64,000 nt of DNA, from contig CM069159.1 of assembly GCA_035221665.1 (NCBI GenBank), positions 25,482,001-25,546,000 of the forward strand, in the 5' to 3' direction. Below, piece after piece: positions 23,201-36,812 of the stretch. The translations under genes were made by a program, and so were the position numbers. The notes under the pieces were generated by a model. That model had not been told where the DNA came from. It ran no database searches and was given only the letters and a program-made list of their open reading frames with translations. The DNA is from Okamejei kenojei (taxonomy: Eukaryota). Position 1 is the first letter of the stretch; each line of letters begins with the position of its first letter.

Positions 23201-26200
23201 TGCATTCCCTCTCTCTCTCCGTCCACCCCCCCCCCCCCCCCCACCCCACCCTAGTCATCTTTCTAGTTTCACTGTTCATATCCCTCCATAATCACCTCTT
23301 CCACAGCCAACAATGCACCATTGTGGGCTCCACCTTTCCGAGTCATTGACGCCAGCTCTGATTTAGTTTAGTTTAACTTTAGTTTATCTTAGAGATACAG
23401 CGTGGAAACAGGCCCTTCGGCCCACGCTGACCAGCGATCCCCGCACATTAATACTATCCTACACCCACTAGGGACAATTTTACATTTACCAAGCCAATTA
23501 ACCTACAAACCTGTACGTCTTTGGAGTGTGGGAGGAAACCCAAGATCTCGGAGAAAACCCACGCAGGTCACGGGGAGAACGTGCAAACAGCATCCGTAGT
23601 CGGGATCGAACCCGGGCCTCTGGCGCAGCAAAAGGTAGCAACTCTACTGCGGTCACCTTTGGATTCTAAATTCATTACTACTTGTAACGTACATTAGAGC
23701 AACTATTCTAAACACTTGTTCTTATTTGAATTAATGCCTGCAACCTAATTTGATGATTCAGGCACAATTCCCAACACCTTCTGCCACATTAACTCAATTA
23801 GTCTCACCCCGTCAGAGCCATTCCCTTCGTTCTACCCATTCCACGCCCTACCTGAAGAAGGGTCTCGACCAGAAACATCACCCATTCCTGCTGCCTGCCC
23901 CGCTGAATTACTCCAGCTTTTTGTGTCTATCTTCTATTTAAACCAGCATCTGCAGTTCCTTCCTACCCATCCCCTACCTTCTCTGTTACAGAAAACGACA
24001 CTGTTTTCTCACTTTCCTTTTTCTGAAGAAGGGTTTTAGACATTAACCTCATTTATTTTTTCCACAGATGCTGCCTGACCTTCTGAGGTTTTCCAATATT
24101 TTCTGCATGTATACCATATACAATGTCAATACAGTTGTAGCATCCAGCATTGTGACTGCACTAAGGCTCAGAATAGCCACAGTGCGTTCACATTTCCTTG
24201 CCTTCACAATCACTGCCAGTGTTTTTATTTTGCATGGTTGCAATCCGTTTGCATCTACTGTTCGCCCAGAATACAAAATCACTTTCCGCATAATCCTTCT
24301 TTTGGATTTTACATTGTTTTTCTGTCACAGCCTGAACACTTCTCAGAAATGAACATTTTCTGTGGCACATGTGGTTATTAGTGCATCATGTTGATTGATT
24401 AGACAATGAGCCACATCTTGTGACATCCTGAAATATCTTCAGTGGTGATTTCATCCCATGAGGTAGCTTTGTGTATGAATAAAGACTTGTGTATTACTTA
24501 TCAAACTACGTTGACTTTCCATATCCATATTCAGCTGAGCCCACGCATGTGATGGATTAAATTTGAAAACTTTTGCTTCTGCCAACTCTGCCAAATGGAT
24601 TCAGTAAAATAGATGATAGTTACTGCTCGTCATTGCTTTGTTCATCGTCATCTTGTAAACATCACATTGTTGAATGGTCTTGCCTATTTCTGACACGATT
24701 GCAATTGGTGTTGTCCAATCACCGACTTGAGTTGTAATACATAGAACAGTACAGCAGTAGGCCCTTCGGCCCACAATATCTGTGCTGACTGTAATGCCAC
24801 TTTGCATGTGCCTGTCTAAATGCCTCTTAAATGTTGCTATTATATAGGCTTCCATCACCTTCCCCGGTAGTGTGTTCTTGGCGTTCGTCCCTCTCTGTGT
24901 AAAAACACTTACTTCATAAAGCTCATAAACTTTGGCATGGGCAAGTTGGACCAATGGGCCTGTTTCTACACTGAATGACTCTATAAACCTTCCCTCTCTG
25001 ACTGGAGCTCTAAGCCACTCTTGTGTAGGAAGGAACGGCAGATCCTGGTTTAAACCAAATATAGACACAAAATGCTGGAGTAGTTCAGAGGGACAGGCAG
25101 CATCTCTAGAGAGAAGGAATGGGTGACGTTCAGCTCTGAAGAAGGGTCTCGACCCGAAACGTCACCCATTCCTTCTCTCCAGGAGATCCCAAACTCGGAA
25201 ACCGGAGACCCCAAACTCATGCAGGTCACGGGAGAACATACAAACTTCGTACAGACAGCACCCTTGGTCAGCATCGAACCTGGGTCTTTGGCGTTGTAAG
25301 GCAGCAACTCTACCGCGTACGCCACCGTGCCTCCCCATTATATTAAAACTTCACGCTGAAACCTTGTGTCCTTCAATTTCCTAAGATGCTTTTGTCCAGC
25401 GTTGCTCAATTAATATAATCAGCTGAAACCACTGAGAGGTCTATCTACTGAGTGTTGTGACTCACTAAATATTTAATCCGGTCTTAAGTCTGCAATGCTT
25501 TCAATGATCATGTTTTCAGGTTCAATCTACTCTTTGCTGGAATTGACTTAGTCTCGTGTCATTTTGCATAATTGAGAAAAAGAAACTGATGCTATCTTGA
25601 TGTACTGACCAATTAACCACACTTTATCTTCAAGTTGTTATGCTTTCTGCCATTGCCTCCAGGTTTAATTCTGAATGCATAAGCCCAATTCTAAATTCTC
25701 CATTGCTCACATTAGCATCAGTACTGTGTAAACTGTCCTCCTGTGGCTTTTGGCACTGAATATCTACCCTCCACGAGGAACTCACACCACTGGAATTGCT
25801 TTGGTTAACAACCTTGTCTCTAGTTGCATGCTGTGAGCAAGTGCTTGTTTTCCAATAATTAATTCACACAGAGGGTGGTGGCTATTTTCAATGAGTCGAC
25901 CCTGGATGTGGGAGAGGCAGATACAACATTTAAAATACATTTCAATAGCAAAGGAGTAAAGGGATGGGGGCCCAATGTAGGTAATTGATTTTAGTGTAGA
26001 TTGGCATTTTGGCCAGTATTGGATGAAGTGGGCTGAAGGGCTCGTTTCTGTGCTGATCATTCTGTGAAAACACTTTGCTATTTTGAATTGACACATGTAT
26101 GAAGGACAGCTTCTGTTACATCTTAAACAGCAACTCCCATCAATGTTAGCCACGAGTTTCAGATTCGGCATTAGAATATCCTTCTCAACCACCCGAAAAC

Positions 26201-26650
26201 GATGGAATGTAGTTGTATTGGATGAAATTCTTTGACATTTCTAACATTATCACCATGAGAAACACAAACTTTGGCATACAAGATGGGTGAATCTGTTCAA
26301 TAACCATTTGAATTGGCTCAATAAAAGCACAAACAAACTTGATGTAACAGGTGGTCTGAGAAAGACCAAACCAGGACTGCAATGGCAAGACTGCTCTTCT
26401 AACATGAATTGCCTGACATCTACACGCTAGCTGAAGAGGTAGCAATCACCTGGACTTCTGGTACTTTCGGATCAAATTACTCTTGTAACTTCAACTCATC
26501 ACTTTCACTTTCCATGGCTTTGGAAGTTCATTAATATCATCTCTCTTTTTCAGAAGTCACTTCAGTTAGAAGGATGATTCACTTGCATTTACTGAATAAC
26601 ATCATATTCTGCAGACAAATTTGCAGCGTCACTGACAATTTTCACTTTAT
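20300..26650 (-). mobile_element. Highly decayed Gypsy/Ty3 LTR retrotransposon internal region, fragmented by later insertions
   Basis: Collinear remnants: gag-like (about 26190-26650, weak); RT 'DWTTPIAIV...CDVYKMTMNKA', 'YSYTKLPHGMKSPLKIFQ', 'ILYSGRTVDANGLQP' (24130-24735); RNase H-like (about 22600-22960, weak); integrase 'EMLIEQGCVKW...IITPSVLRRQVQEEL' and 'GLTEELVPDDNPQF' (20340-20810). Confidence 0.7.
21810..22435 (+). mobile_element. Penelope-like element 3' fragment with an inverted 5' pseudo-LTR
   Basis: Encodes a GIY-YIG C-terminal remnant 'VLGLLHSQSEQHRKLEEQHLIFRLGSLHPLGLNIE'. ~90-bp inverted repeats at about 21848-21947 and 22340-22438. 15-bp flanking duplication GTGATACATATGCTG at 21795-21809 and 22436-22450. 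Many shorter copies occur, for example near 4135, 17420, 18370, 20840, 21310, 23850, 25025, 28930, 32020, 35370, 39060, 41280, 56760, 56975 and 58930. Confidence 0.8.
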
Positions 26651-26839
26651 AATCATATTTTAAAACATGTCTCTGTCACCTTCAGATAAACTGAAAGGCT
26701 TGCGCACCCAATCACACACGCATCATTGAATTTGTCTATTGTCACGTGCACAAGCACAGAGGTACAGGTACAATGGGATCTTGCTTGCAGCAGCATCACA
26801 GGTACATAGACTCAGACAACACACAAAACGGAGCTCTTG

Positions 26840-27200
26840 GCAGAGGCTGCGCAGGCTAGGACTCTATTCTGTGCAACGTAGGAGTATGAGAGGCGATTTT
26901 ATAGAGGTATACAAAATCATGAGAGGAATAGATTGGGTTGACGCACAGAGCCTCTTGCCCAGAGTAGGGAAATCGAGAACCAGAGGACAAAGGTGAGAGG
27001 GAAAAGATGTAATAGGAACCCGAGGGGTAGCTTTTTCCACACAAAATGTGTGGTGGGTGTATGGAACGAGCTGCTGGAGGAGTTAGTTGAGGCAGGTAGT
27101 AACACAACGCTGAAGAAACATTTGGACAGGTACATGGATAGGACAGGCTTAGAGCGATATGGGTCAAACACAGGCAGGAGGGACTAGTATAGATGGGTGC
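26840..27200 (+). mobile_element. CR1/HER1-type LINE 3' fragment
   Basis: 'RLRRLGLYSVQRRSMRGDFIEVYKIMRGID...SRTRG' and 'VVGVWNELLEE'. Confidence 0.85.
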
Positions 27201-27806
27201 TGCCCTGCATTTACACATGGGTTAACCGCACCACACCATGTTCACCAACAAGCTGGACATAGTTTAAATGACATTGTGAAAAAGCTAGGAAAGTCGCAAA
27301 AATGTGCTATCAAAAATAGCTCTGTAACAGTATAAAGGATATATGGCGGCCATTGGCGAAAGTCTAATTCATTGTAGCTGTTGGTGTGAATTTATTGGAA
27401 ATGAAGCAACTATTGATTAATTATGAAACCAATTAGATCTAACAATAGATCTCTGACTGGTTGGAAAATTATTGAAATTATTAAATAAAATTAAGCACCA
27501 ATATTTAAATCTCATGTTATACCACGTCCAAACATACATTACTAATGTCCTTGAGGGAAGGGAATGTGCTAGCCTTTCTTGGCCTGGCCCATTTATGATT
27601 TTGACCCAGAGACGTGATCTGCCTCCTCAGTTCAGTGGTAATCAGGAAAGGACAGTAAATGTCAGTATGGTCAAGCATATTCACATTTCATATGAATAGA
27701 ATAAGAACTCTGGAGTGCACTAAATAGTTAAAGAATAAAAAACAGTAACTTGCCAACGCCAACAATGAACAGAAAGGTGGTCACTTGCGTTTCATGGACA
27801 CCAAAG

Positions 27807-27933
27807 TGGGGTGGGAGATTGCAACCTTCACGTGGTCCGCCCCGTTTCGACTAATGCAATCAACTCGACGTGCACAAACGGAAGATCAAATAGAACAACT
27901 TTAGGCTGTGGACGCCACGCGAAAGAAGAAGAA
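27807..27933 (+). mobile_element. (GAA)n-tailed SINE-like element, copy 3
   Basis: 10-bp TSD GACACCAAAG at 27797-27806 and 27934-27943, with a (GAA)4 tail. Confidence 0.85.
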
Positions 27934-28768
27934 GACACCAAAGCCATGAGGCTTTATCACACCACAGAAATGAAATCATTTGGCTCATTGTCTAATTCCA
28001 TTTCAACTTGAATTAGTGACAAATACAGACTATCTTTAATGTTTCTTCTTATTTCATTCAATATCACAATGCTCTAATCAGTAGGCCAGCACACAGGAAG
28101 AAGATTCAATGCATGGTCACAGAATGGATGGCGAGCGTCAGCATTGAGATGTTCATCTCAGTAACATGAGAGGAAGTTAAACATTTCACCCCATTCAGCT
28201 CTTGCACAGTCAGAGAACAGGTGGAAGTCAGTTTTGAAATGGTTAGCAGTTCTGAAATAAAACCCAGATGTTGGAAAGATGTACCTGGCAAAAGTAGGAA
28301 ACAAATGCATCCAAATTGAAACTAATTATGTTTGATGAGGAAACTGATTTTTCCCCCCAGTATATACATATCCCTTTATATTCCCCAAAGGCTTTGTCTG
28401 ATTTCATCTTCCTAAACCTTGCATATGGTTCTTTTTTCCCTCTTTTCACCAAATGTACAACCTCTCTGGTCATCCAAGGTCCTCTTACCTTGCCGTCCTT
28501 GTCCCTCCTTACTGGAACATGGTGGTCCTGAACTCTGCTCAACTGGTCTTTAAATGACTCCCACATGTCTGATTTGGAATTACCCAATAAACAGCTGCTC
28601 CCAATTTACTCTTTGCAAATTTACTAATCAGGTCTTGTACATTCTCATGCAAATCATTGATATAAACAACAAACAGCGATGGGCCCAGCACTGTTTCCTG
28701 AGGAACACGAGACACAGGCCTTCAGTCCTGGTGGGCATGCCCCACTGCCTAGCTTTTAGCAACACAAC

Positions 28769-28906
28769 CTTCTTCTTCTCTTCCTGCGTACTGCGTGCAC
28801 AGCCTAAAGTTGTAGGATAACGTGTTCTATTTGATTGTGCACACCAGGTTGATTGCATTCGTCGAAACAGGGTGGACAACGTGAAGGTTGCAATCTCCCA
28901 CCCCTC
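28769..28906 (-). mobile_element. (GAA)n-tailed SINE-like element, copy 4
   Basis: Reverse complement of copy 3, flanked by a CAACACAA duplication. Confidence 0.8.
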
Positions 28907-31900
28907 ACAACACAATCAAAGAGGCATAACGTGTAGGAAGGAACTGCAGATGCTGGTTTAAACCGAAGATGGACACAAAAAGCTGGAGTAACTCTGGCAG
29001 CATCTCTGGAGAGAAGAAATGGGTGACGTCCAGAGATGCTGCCTGTGCCGCTGAGTTACTCCAGCTTTTGGTGTCTATCAAAGAGGCATAATGTTCTTTT
29101 AAATGCCACTTTAATTCATTTGGTGTTATTCTTTCAGAGATATTCTCCTTGTCCTACAATCGATCCCTCCTCTTCCTTGCCATGAACAACTTGATTTCTT
29201 CCTCTGTTCCAGTTCTGATGAAGTGTCCTGGACTTGAAATGTTAACTGTTTCTCTTACCCGTCATGTTTCCTGACCAGTATTTTCTGTGTTAATTCCTAA
29301 TTAACTATAGCTTGCTCGTCAGCGTTTTTCTCCCAACTCCAATCATGCTCATCAGACATTGAAGCTAACATTTCAACTGGCATGATAATTAGGGTCAGGG
29401 AGGCAAATATGTTCCACATTGGGGCAGAATCTAATGAAAAATACATACTACTAAGCATATTTGGTCACACTTTTGCCTTGGGGAATTGCTGAAATTAGTC
29501 GTTTTTTTCCCTTCTAATTTCAAATCGAGCAATTGAATTAGAACACGTTCCAAAGCATTGCATAGCTCGTTTATTCTTGTTCCCTTCAGCAGAGTAGCTA
29601 CCAGGTTTCAGTAGCCATGGATGAGCTTTGTATGTGATAACAAGGAGCTGCGGATCCTGGTTTATACCAAAGATGCACACAAAATGCTGGAGTAACTCAG
29701 CAGTTCAGGTAACATCCCTGGAAAACATGGAACATCACGCTGAAAAAGGGTCCCAACCCAATGCTGGCTGACCTGCTGAGTTACTCCGGCATTTTGTGTC
29801 TACTAAGCTTAATATGTGCCAGGTGATGAAGATCTGAGGTCAAGTATCACTCTGCAAAAGGCCTCCAATGTCATAATGCAATTGATGTAAAACACAGCCA
29901 CATAGCATTTAAATACTTCCCTCAGGAATGGGGAAGGTGCAATATTTCTCACAACATAAATAGGAGATTCTAGTTTTAAAGTAATGTTGAAAACTTAAAA
30001 TGAATCAAAATAGCAGGTGCTATACAATTCATTTCCCGAGCAGAGCTGCAAATCTTGACTTAATTGTCAATTTAATTGGTAAATGTGAAAGGGGCTGTAA
30101 TTAAAATGACTGAATTCAAGCTAAATTTGTTGAAGGCTGGTTTCATCTCTGCTGTTGGCATGCTGCCCGTGGGTCTATCCACCTCTTATTAACCCAGAAT
30201 TGTCTAGGAACAGCAACACTGTTGAAATTTTCAAAGTGGTGAAAGTAAACCTCATGGTATATAGACTTAGAGCCGGAGAAAAAGCAGCCTTTTTGCGGTA
30301 TGGAATGGGTCTTTTGTATCTCATGTGTTCTTGAAATGGCTATTCGGCCCATCAAGTCCGTGCCAGTCTTCACAGCAATGCCATGAATCTTAGTCCCCAA
30401 CTTCTTTCCCTGGAACCTATTCAACACAACTCTCACGAATCTCCGATCGCCCTTCTGGCAATCGGTAATTATAGTCAATTGTATTACCAACCAAAATGTC
30501 TTTGGGATTTGGGAGGAAATTACAGAAATTGGTGAGGTTACAAAGAGAACGTGGTAACTCCACACATCACCAGAAGTTGGGATCGAACCTGGATTGCTGG
30601 AGCTGCGAAGCACTACCTGCAGCACCAGTGAGGCTCTTCCCCCCGCCCCCCCCCCCCCCCCCCCCCCCCCCCCCCATTGCGATACAAGTTCCACGGCCTT
30701 ACATCACAGGAGGAAGCATATTTCACTTCAAATATACATTCGTGGTTAGATTTAAGGATAAACAGGTAATTGCCTCAGAATAATTAAGTACATAATCAGG
30801 TATTGTTCACTTTATGCTCAAAACTCATTCTAAGATTAGGCAGATTAAAGGATTAACATGGTTATGTTAAAATGTGGGTGGACAGAAGAAGTTAAAAGCT
30901 GAACAAAAGAAACTAAAATATTTCAAAGTGGAATAATATCAAGAAACTAAGGATTTTACACTAATATATATGCACAGAGAGTCTTGGGCATAAGGTACTA
31001 CTAGTAAGTGAGCTGGTACTCAGACACATTAAATGCCACATTCTTCTCTATTTCCTTGTAAATTCCCAAATATGCATTTATGAAAACTGCATGTGCACTG
31101 CATCCAATTCAGTGTAGTAGCACCAACACATGAACACCATCCTTTCTTATAATGGATATTGAAATATGGAATTCAAATGTACAAAAATATAAATAAAAAT
31201 CTATCGCTGACTGGTGACTGAATTCTCATTCTTCTCTGAAAATTAAACTTGGGTTTGATTCATTGCTCGTATCACCACGAGAGCGACTGGCAGTTATGAA
31301 AAAAATACTGCTCTTAAAACAGACAAAGCATATCATCAGAACAGCATTCAGGAGTTAAAAGACAAGGAAATTAACGTTTTGTTGTATGTATTCCTAAACA
31401 GGTGATGCTGAAAGATCGAAAGCTGATAAAATATTATACTGGTGGTTCTTTCGAAAGGTCATTCCTCAGGAGTGAGCTATTCAGATATCGGGATTTTCAT
31501 CTTTTTAGTTTAGAGATACAGATCCTTCAGCACACCGGGTCAATGCCGACCGTCGATTGCCCGAACACCTGTTCTATGTTATCCCACTTTTGCATCCTAC
31601 ACAGAGGAGGCATTTTACAGAACCCAATTAACCTACGAACCTACACATCTTTGAGATGAGTAAGGAAACCGGAGCACCCTAAGAAAATCTAACGCTATCA
31701 CAGGGAGAACGTGCAAACTCTGCACAGACAACCCCCGTACTCAGGATCAAACCGTGGTCTTTGGCGCTGTAAGCTGGCAACTCTACCGCTGTATCACTGT
31801 GCTGCCTTGAAACAGTTCCCTCCCCAGCTGCTGTGAAATCCTTCACCAATGGAATAGAGATGAATTTTACCAGTCTTTTCAAAGGTATTTAACATTAAAG

Positions 31901-34010
31901 GCAAGATGATGAAAGATATCCGTCTATATTTTCAGATTTTATTGTTGTCTAGATTTTTAATCTTTGTCAAATTCTGTGGTGCTGAGAAAATACAAATCGC
32001 AAAGCTAGGAAATCCTGAATGGCAAAGCACACAGTGTTGGAGTAACCCATTGAGTCAGGCAGCATCTGTGGAGGGAATAGATAGACAACGTTTCAAGTCA
32101 GGTCTCTTCTTCAGACTCAGTCGGAAGGGTCGCCAAAACGTCACCAGTCCATTCCATCCACCGATGCTGCCTGACCCGTTGAGATACTCCAGCATGGTGC
32201 GTTTTGCTCAAGATTCCAGCATCTGTAGTTCCTTATATCTCCAAGACCGATATAGCATTGTCTAATAAAAAAAACAGTGGGTTAACATTTCATCGTCACA
32301 TATGTACTATACTATAAATATGTAAAAGAAACAAATTCAGCTAATTTTCTAGACTTGGAATCAGGATGCATAGTCAGAGGCAGCAAAATTCAGAGAGTTT
32401 GCTTCCTTTCGGGAAATGGTGTGACTGTAACAATAAAGTTTAAGGGTGGCACAGGGAGGCAGCTGATAGAGCCGCTCTCTCACAGTGCCAGAGACCTGGG
32501 TTCGATCCTGACCTCGGGCACTGTCTGTGTGGAGTTTGTACATTCTCCCTGTGACAGCACAAGGATCCTCTGGGTGCTGCCGTTTCCTCCCAAATCCCAA
32601 AGATGTGCGGGTTTGTAGGCTAACTGGACTCTTTAAAATGCTAATGATGTGTTAGGAGAGGATGAAAAAGTGGGATATCATGGAACTGGTGTGAATGGTC
32701 GGTGAGGACTCGGTGGGCTAAAGGGCTTGTCTTGATGCTATATCTCTAAATGAAACTAAGATAAAATGCAATAAAGTAGACAAAGAATGGTTGTTTAATT
32801 GAACTGTGGCGATGAAGAAAAGCAATCAAGAGGTTATTGTAGATAAATGCAAGAGAAATTCAGTGTGGTGGGAGGCCATAATTAAAAAGCAACTGACTAA
32901 TGGAGAGCACAGTAAAATCAGAAGTGTTTTTACTGTATGATGTATTATTCTGATCTTATCTGTAATTTACTTTTGTAGTCTGAACACCTAAGCAGAGAGA
33001 ATTTTGGTGATGTTGAAAATGTGTGAAGATAAAAAGCAGTTAAACTAAGCTTTGAGGGAAGATTAACTAAATGAGACCTTGATGAAAGACTTCAAAATAG
33101 CCCGCTGCAAGACATCATAATTAGGAAAGGGTTTGAGATAATTGATTCATGCAAATTGTTCAGTCTGACCAGCGCTCCTGTATCAAGGCCACAAAATAAT
33201 TAGGACTAAGACAAGATGGCTGACAAAGATTTCTTGCAGAGTGAGAAAGTTACCAGCAAAACCTACGGAAGCAAACAACATAAACACTAAAGGTTAGAGA
33301 GCCTATACATGCAAAGAGGATGACAATGTTACCTCACTCTCTTTAAATGGCAGCATCATGATTTTATTATGCCGATAATTTTAGCATGAATTGTTTTTTT
33401 CACCACACTCACCAACTATCTGCAACATTCTAAAAGGATTAGATATGTAACAAAACATGATTCTGCAAAAAGGAAATGATTGGAGTACATAATTGTCTAA
33501 TCTAAAAACTAATTAAAAATAGCATGTGTTAGATGTAAGGCTCTTAAACTTGCTTCACAAAGGGAGAGCGTGACTTCAAGCATGGTGTTGGGGAAATATA
33601 CAAAACATATACAACAACCTGTCTGTCTGACATAATATAAATTGACAATGAAGCACCAGGGGAATTAGTAAAACCTTTATGCTGCATCCTAGAGGAATTG
33701 TAGGCCTGACCAACACGACCCACTGATTGGACTTACAGACATCATTCCCCGAGCCATAGATCGATGCTTCTGGTTCCCCCGTTCTCAATGTTTTTCAGAG
33801 CACTCTCAGCCTGCATCATTAAACACACGCAAAAAAAACACACACAAGCCATTGAATTTGAAAATAAATAAAGCATTTTATGCACACTTTAATTAGTTAT
33901 AGCTTTGGCTGAAAGCATGGTGAACTACACCAGAGTTTTTGGTATATTGCACATAACATGCTAAAAAATAATTAGCTGGATTACATAGAAAAATATTGGA
34001 TAGAAAATAC

Positions 34011-34016
34011 TTTATT
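34011..34016 (-). promoter_or_regulatory. Candidate CEP164 polyadenylation signal (AATAAA)
   Basis: TTTATT on the plus strand, about 150 nt downstream of the stop codon. Confidence 0.4.
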
Positions 34017-34165
34017 GCTAACTATAACAGATTCAAGTTAATTACTATTATAGTTTGTCAAATAGCACTTTTCAGAAGCCTAAGGCTGGTTTGCACAGCG
34101 CGGCACATTTTCACTGCACCCGTCTAAATATTCTTGAAGCTGCTCTGAGAGGAGTCTTAAACGTT

Positions 34166-34262
34166 TCAGAATTGGTAGACTCGGATTTGGTTGTTTTCAT
34201 CCAGTCCAAGCTGGATGAGACCTTCCATCAAGGGGGAAGAGTTTGCTGCTGCCACCAGAGAC
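34166..34262 (-). CDS. CEP164: CEP164 last coding exon (M/SLVAAANSSPLMEGLIQLGLDENNQIRVYQF*)
   Basis: AG acceptor at 34263-34264; phase 2 matches the previous exon; TGA at 34166-34168. 'QLGLDE.N..RVY.F*' resembles the CEP164 C-terminus as I recall it. Confidence 0.88.
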
Positions 34263-36812
34263 CTGACGGTGTATGTCAAAGAAAATTAACAAGTTTTCAC
34301 ATTTACACAAATCTTGTGATGCACAAAATTACAGGAATGTCAATCTATAATCCAGTAACAGTCACTAAATGCCAGGGTCCATCATGGTCTAAAAGAGATT
34401 CCTGAGGCACGATGAGGTTCTGCATTAAAAATATATATTTTACCAAACCGACTCAAAATAAGATGGGGCCTAACCCAAAATGTTGCCTGTTCATTCCTTT
34501 CCACAGATGCTGCCTGACCCACTGAGTTCCTCCAGCACTTTGCATTTTGTTCTGAATGCACTATATTTACCACTTATACTATATCTACCATGTACATTGG
34601 AATCCAAACTAGAATGGAGACATTGTAATTGGAATTTAGAACATTTATATTCATCATTAATGGGACTATTATTAATAATGGGGCAATTAAAGCTCAAAAC
34701 ACTTTCAAATTCCCTTACCACCTTTTATTAAGGTTTATGAAGCCATGACAAGAACGAAGGAAGGACTGAGGTAAGCAACACGAAGGAACTCAGCTGATAA
34801 TTACTAAATAGTTGAAGTGACGTGGGCTGTTTTTTTCCCTCAGTATTAATTCAACTACTTCTTGCCTCCTCCGAGCCCTGTCTACTGATGATGTAACTCG
34901 TCTGGTTCAGTACAAACAAGAACAGGCTAAATATTTTTTTTAGAAGGCAGCACAGTGACAGATCTGCACCATCAAAAGCATGTGCCACCTGAATCAGGAA
35001 GGTCACTAGATGTGAGAAATTACTGTGGCAGTTATACTCCTGGCAGTTATACAGAGTCTCGAAAACTGTACAAGGCATGATAATAAAACACTGTCTGGGG
35101 ATGCTTAAAACATGTTTCCTTTTTGTTTTGTAGAATGACTCATTTGTTTTCCACTGGATAGGAGAGTGTAGAAAATTCACAATTTATTAATGAATTTGCA
35201 CTGGTGACGTAAAATGCCACATTTATAGTAATCAAGGGGCAAGTCTCCTCGGCCAATTGACACCTGTTGGTTCTTGACTCAGAAATATTTCAAAGAGATT
35301 CATATCATTATGATAATGTTTATCCCTAAAATATTTAACTTTAAAATTACCTCGTCTATCCCATTGTTTAAAAAGGAACTGCAAATGCTGGAAAATCGAA
35401 GGTAGACACGAAAGCTGGAGAAACTCAGCAGGTGAGGCAGCATCTATGGAGTGAAAGAAAAAGGCGCCATTTCGAGTCTCGACCCGAAACATCGCCTTTT
35501 TCCTTCGCTCCATAGATGCTGCCTCACTCGCTGCGTTTCTCCAGCTTTTTCGTCTATCCCTTTGGTACTTCTTGACTTTAGGATTGGAATGTGCCCTGGG
35601 CTGGCCTTAATTTTGTACCCCCACATCAAGATATCATCTTAATTTTGTCCTGTTGGAAACCATTTATTTTTTGTTTCCCTCCTCAACACGACTAATTCAC
35701 ATTTCCCCTTGAACTTTACCAAAGCAAAATTGTTTTCCAATTGAAAGATACAACATAGGGACCAGCCCTTCGGCACAGAGTCCACACTGACCATCGATCA
35801 CCTGTTTCAATGTTATCCCATTTTTGCATCTACTACTTACACACTAGCGGCAATTTACAGAGGCCAATTAAACTAAACAGCCATATATCTTTGGGATGTG
35901 GGAGGAAACTAGCGCACCCGGAGGAAACTCTGTCAGAGGGAGAACATGCAAACTCCACATAAACAGGTTCGAACTCAGCCCTCTGGTGTTGTGAGGCTTC
36001 ACCAGTTGCACCACTGTTGTTCCCAATTAATCAAATTAGCCAGCTATTATGGGTAGACTGTGCCTATTTGGACAAATCTGAACAAGTTCAAATAAAGCCA
36101 AGGATAACAACAAGCATAAAGTAACTACACAAGTAAAAGATTCATTTTACGAGGCAGTCTGTATTGCACCTTGGCTCTGGAACATGCAACTCTGCATTGT
36201 TTAGAATATAAATATTTCAAAAAATGTTATACTCTGCAATTCCATCTCAGTTATCAAACCATCAGTCTTCTGGGGATAATCTTTGACATCGAACATTTCT
36301 ATGATCCATAGATTAACTCAGTAACATAATACTGGCTTCTTCTCTTCTGAAGCTACATCTGCTGCAGTCTGGCTACAACAGAAATACAAGATCCATTTCA
36401 TGATTGTAGAACCCACTTTTGCTTAATCATAACCAGCCAGAAACAACTTTCTTTAGTTTTCCCTTTCCTTTACTGACCTGTTCTGAAGACAAGGTTTGTA
36501 TTGAACATTAGTAATTTTTGATTTAAGAACCACCTCCGTCACCTTTCAAATGATTTTGAAAAAATCCCAAAGATGTGCAGCTTTGTGGGACGATTGGCTA
36601 CTGTAAATTGTCCCAAGTGTGTGGTGAATGGACGAGAGAGCAGGATAATGTAGAATTTGTGTGAACGAGAGATTGATGGTCAGTGTGGACTCGGTGGTCT
36701 GAAGGAACTATTTCCATGCTGTAGATATCAATGATTTATGTGATAAATAAAAACCATCAGGAAGCATCTTGAACGGTGTTTAAAAATGATTTCTGGACCG
36801 TTTGAAGGATAC

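Noticed and set aside
30143-30783. Poly-Gly and poly-Pro ORFs
   Set aside because: Produced by a poly-C run next to a decayed SINE.
1-33700. A neighbouring protein-coding gene downstream of CEP164
   Set aside because: No recognisable chain of exons with consistent phases; only isolated weak candidates, which are listed under findings.
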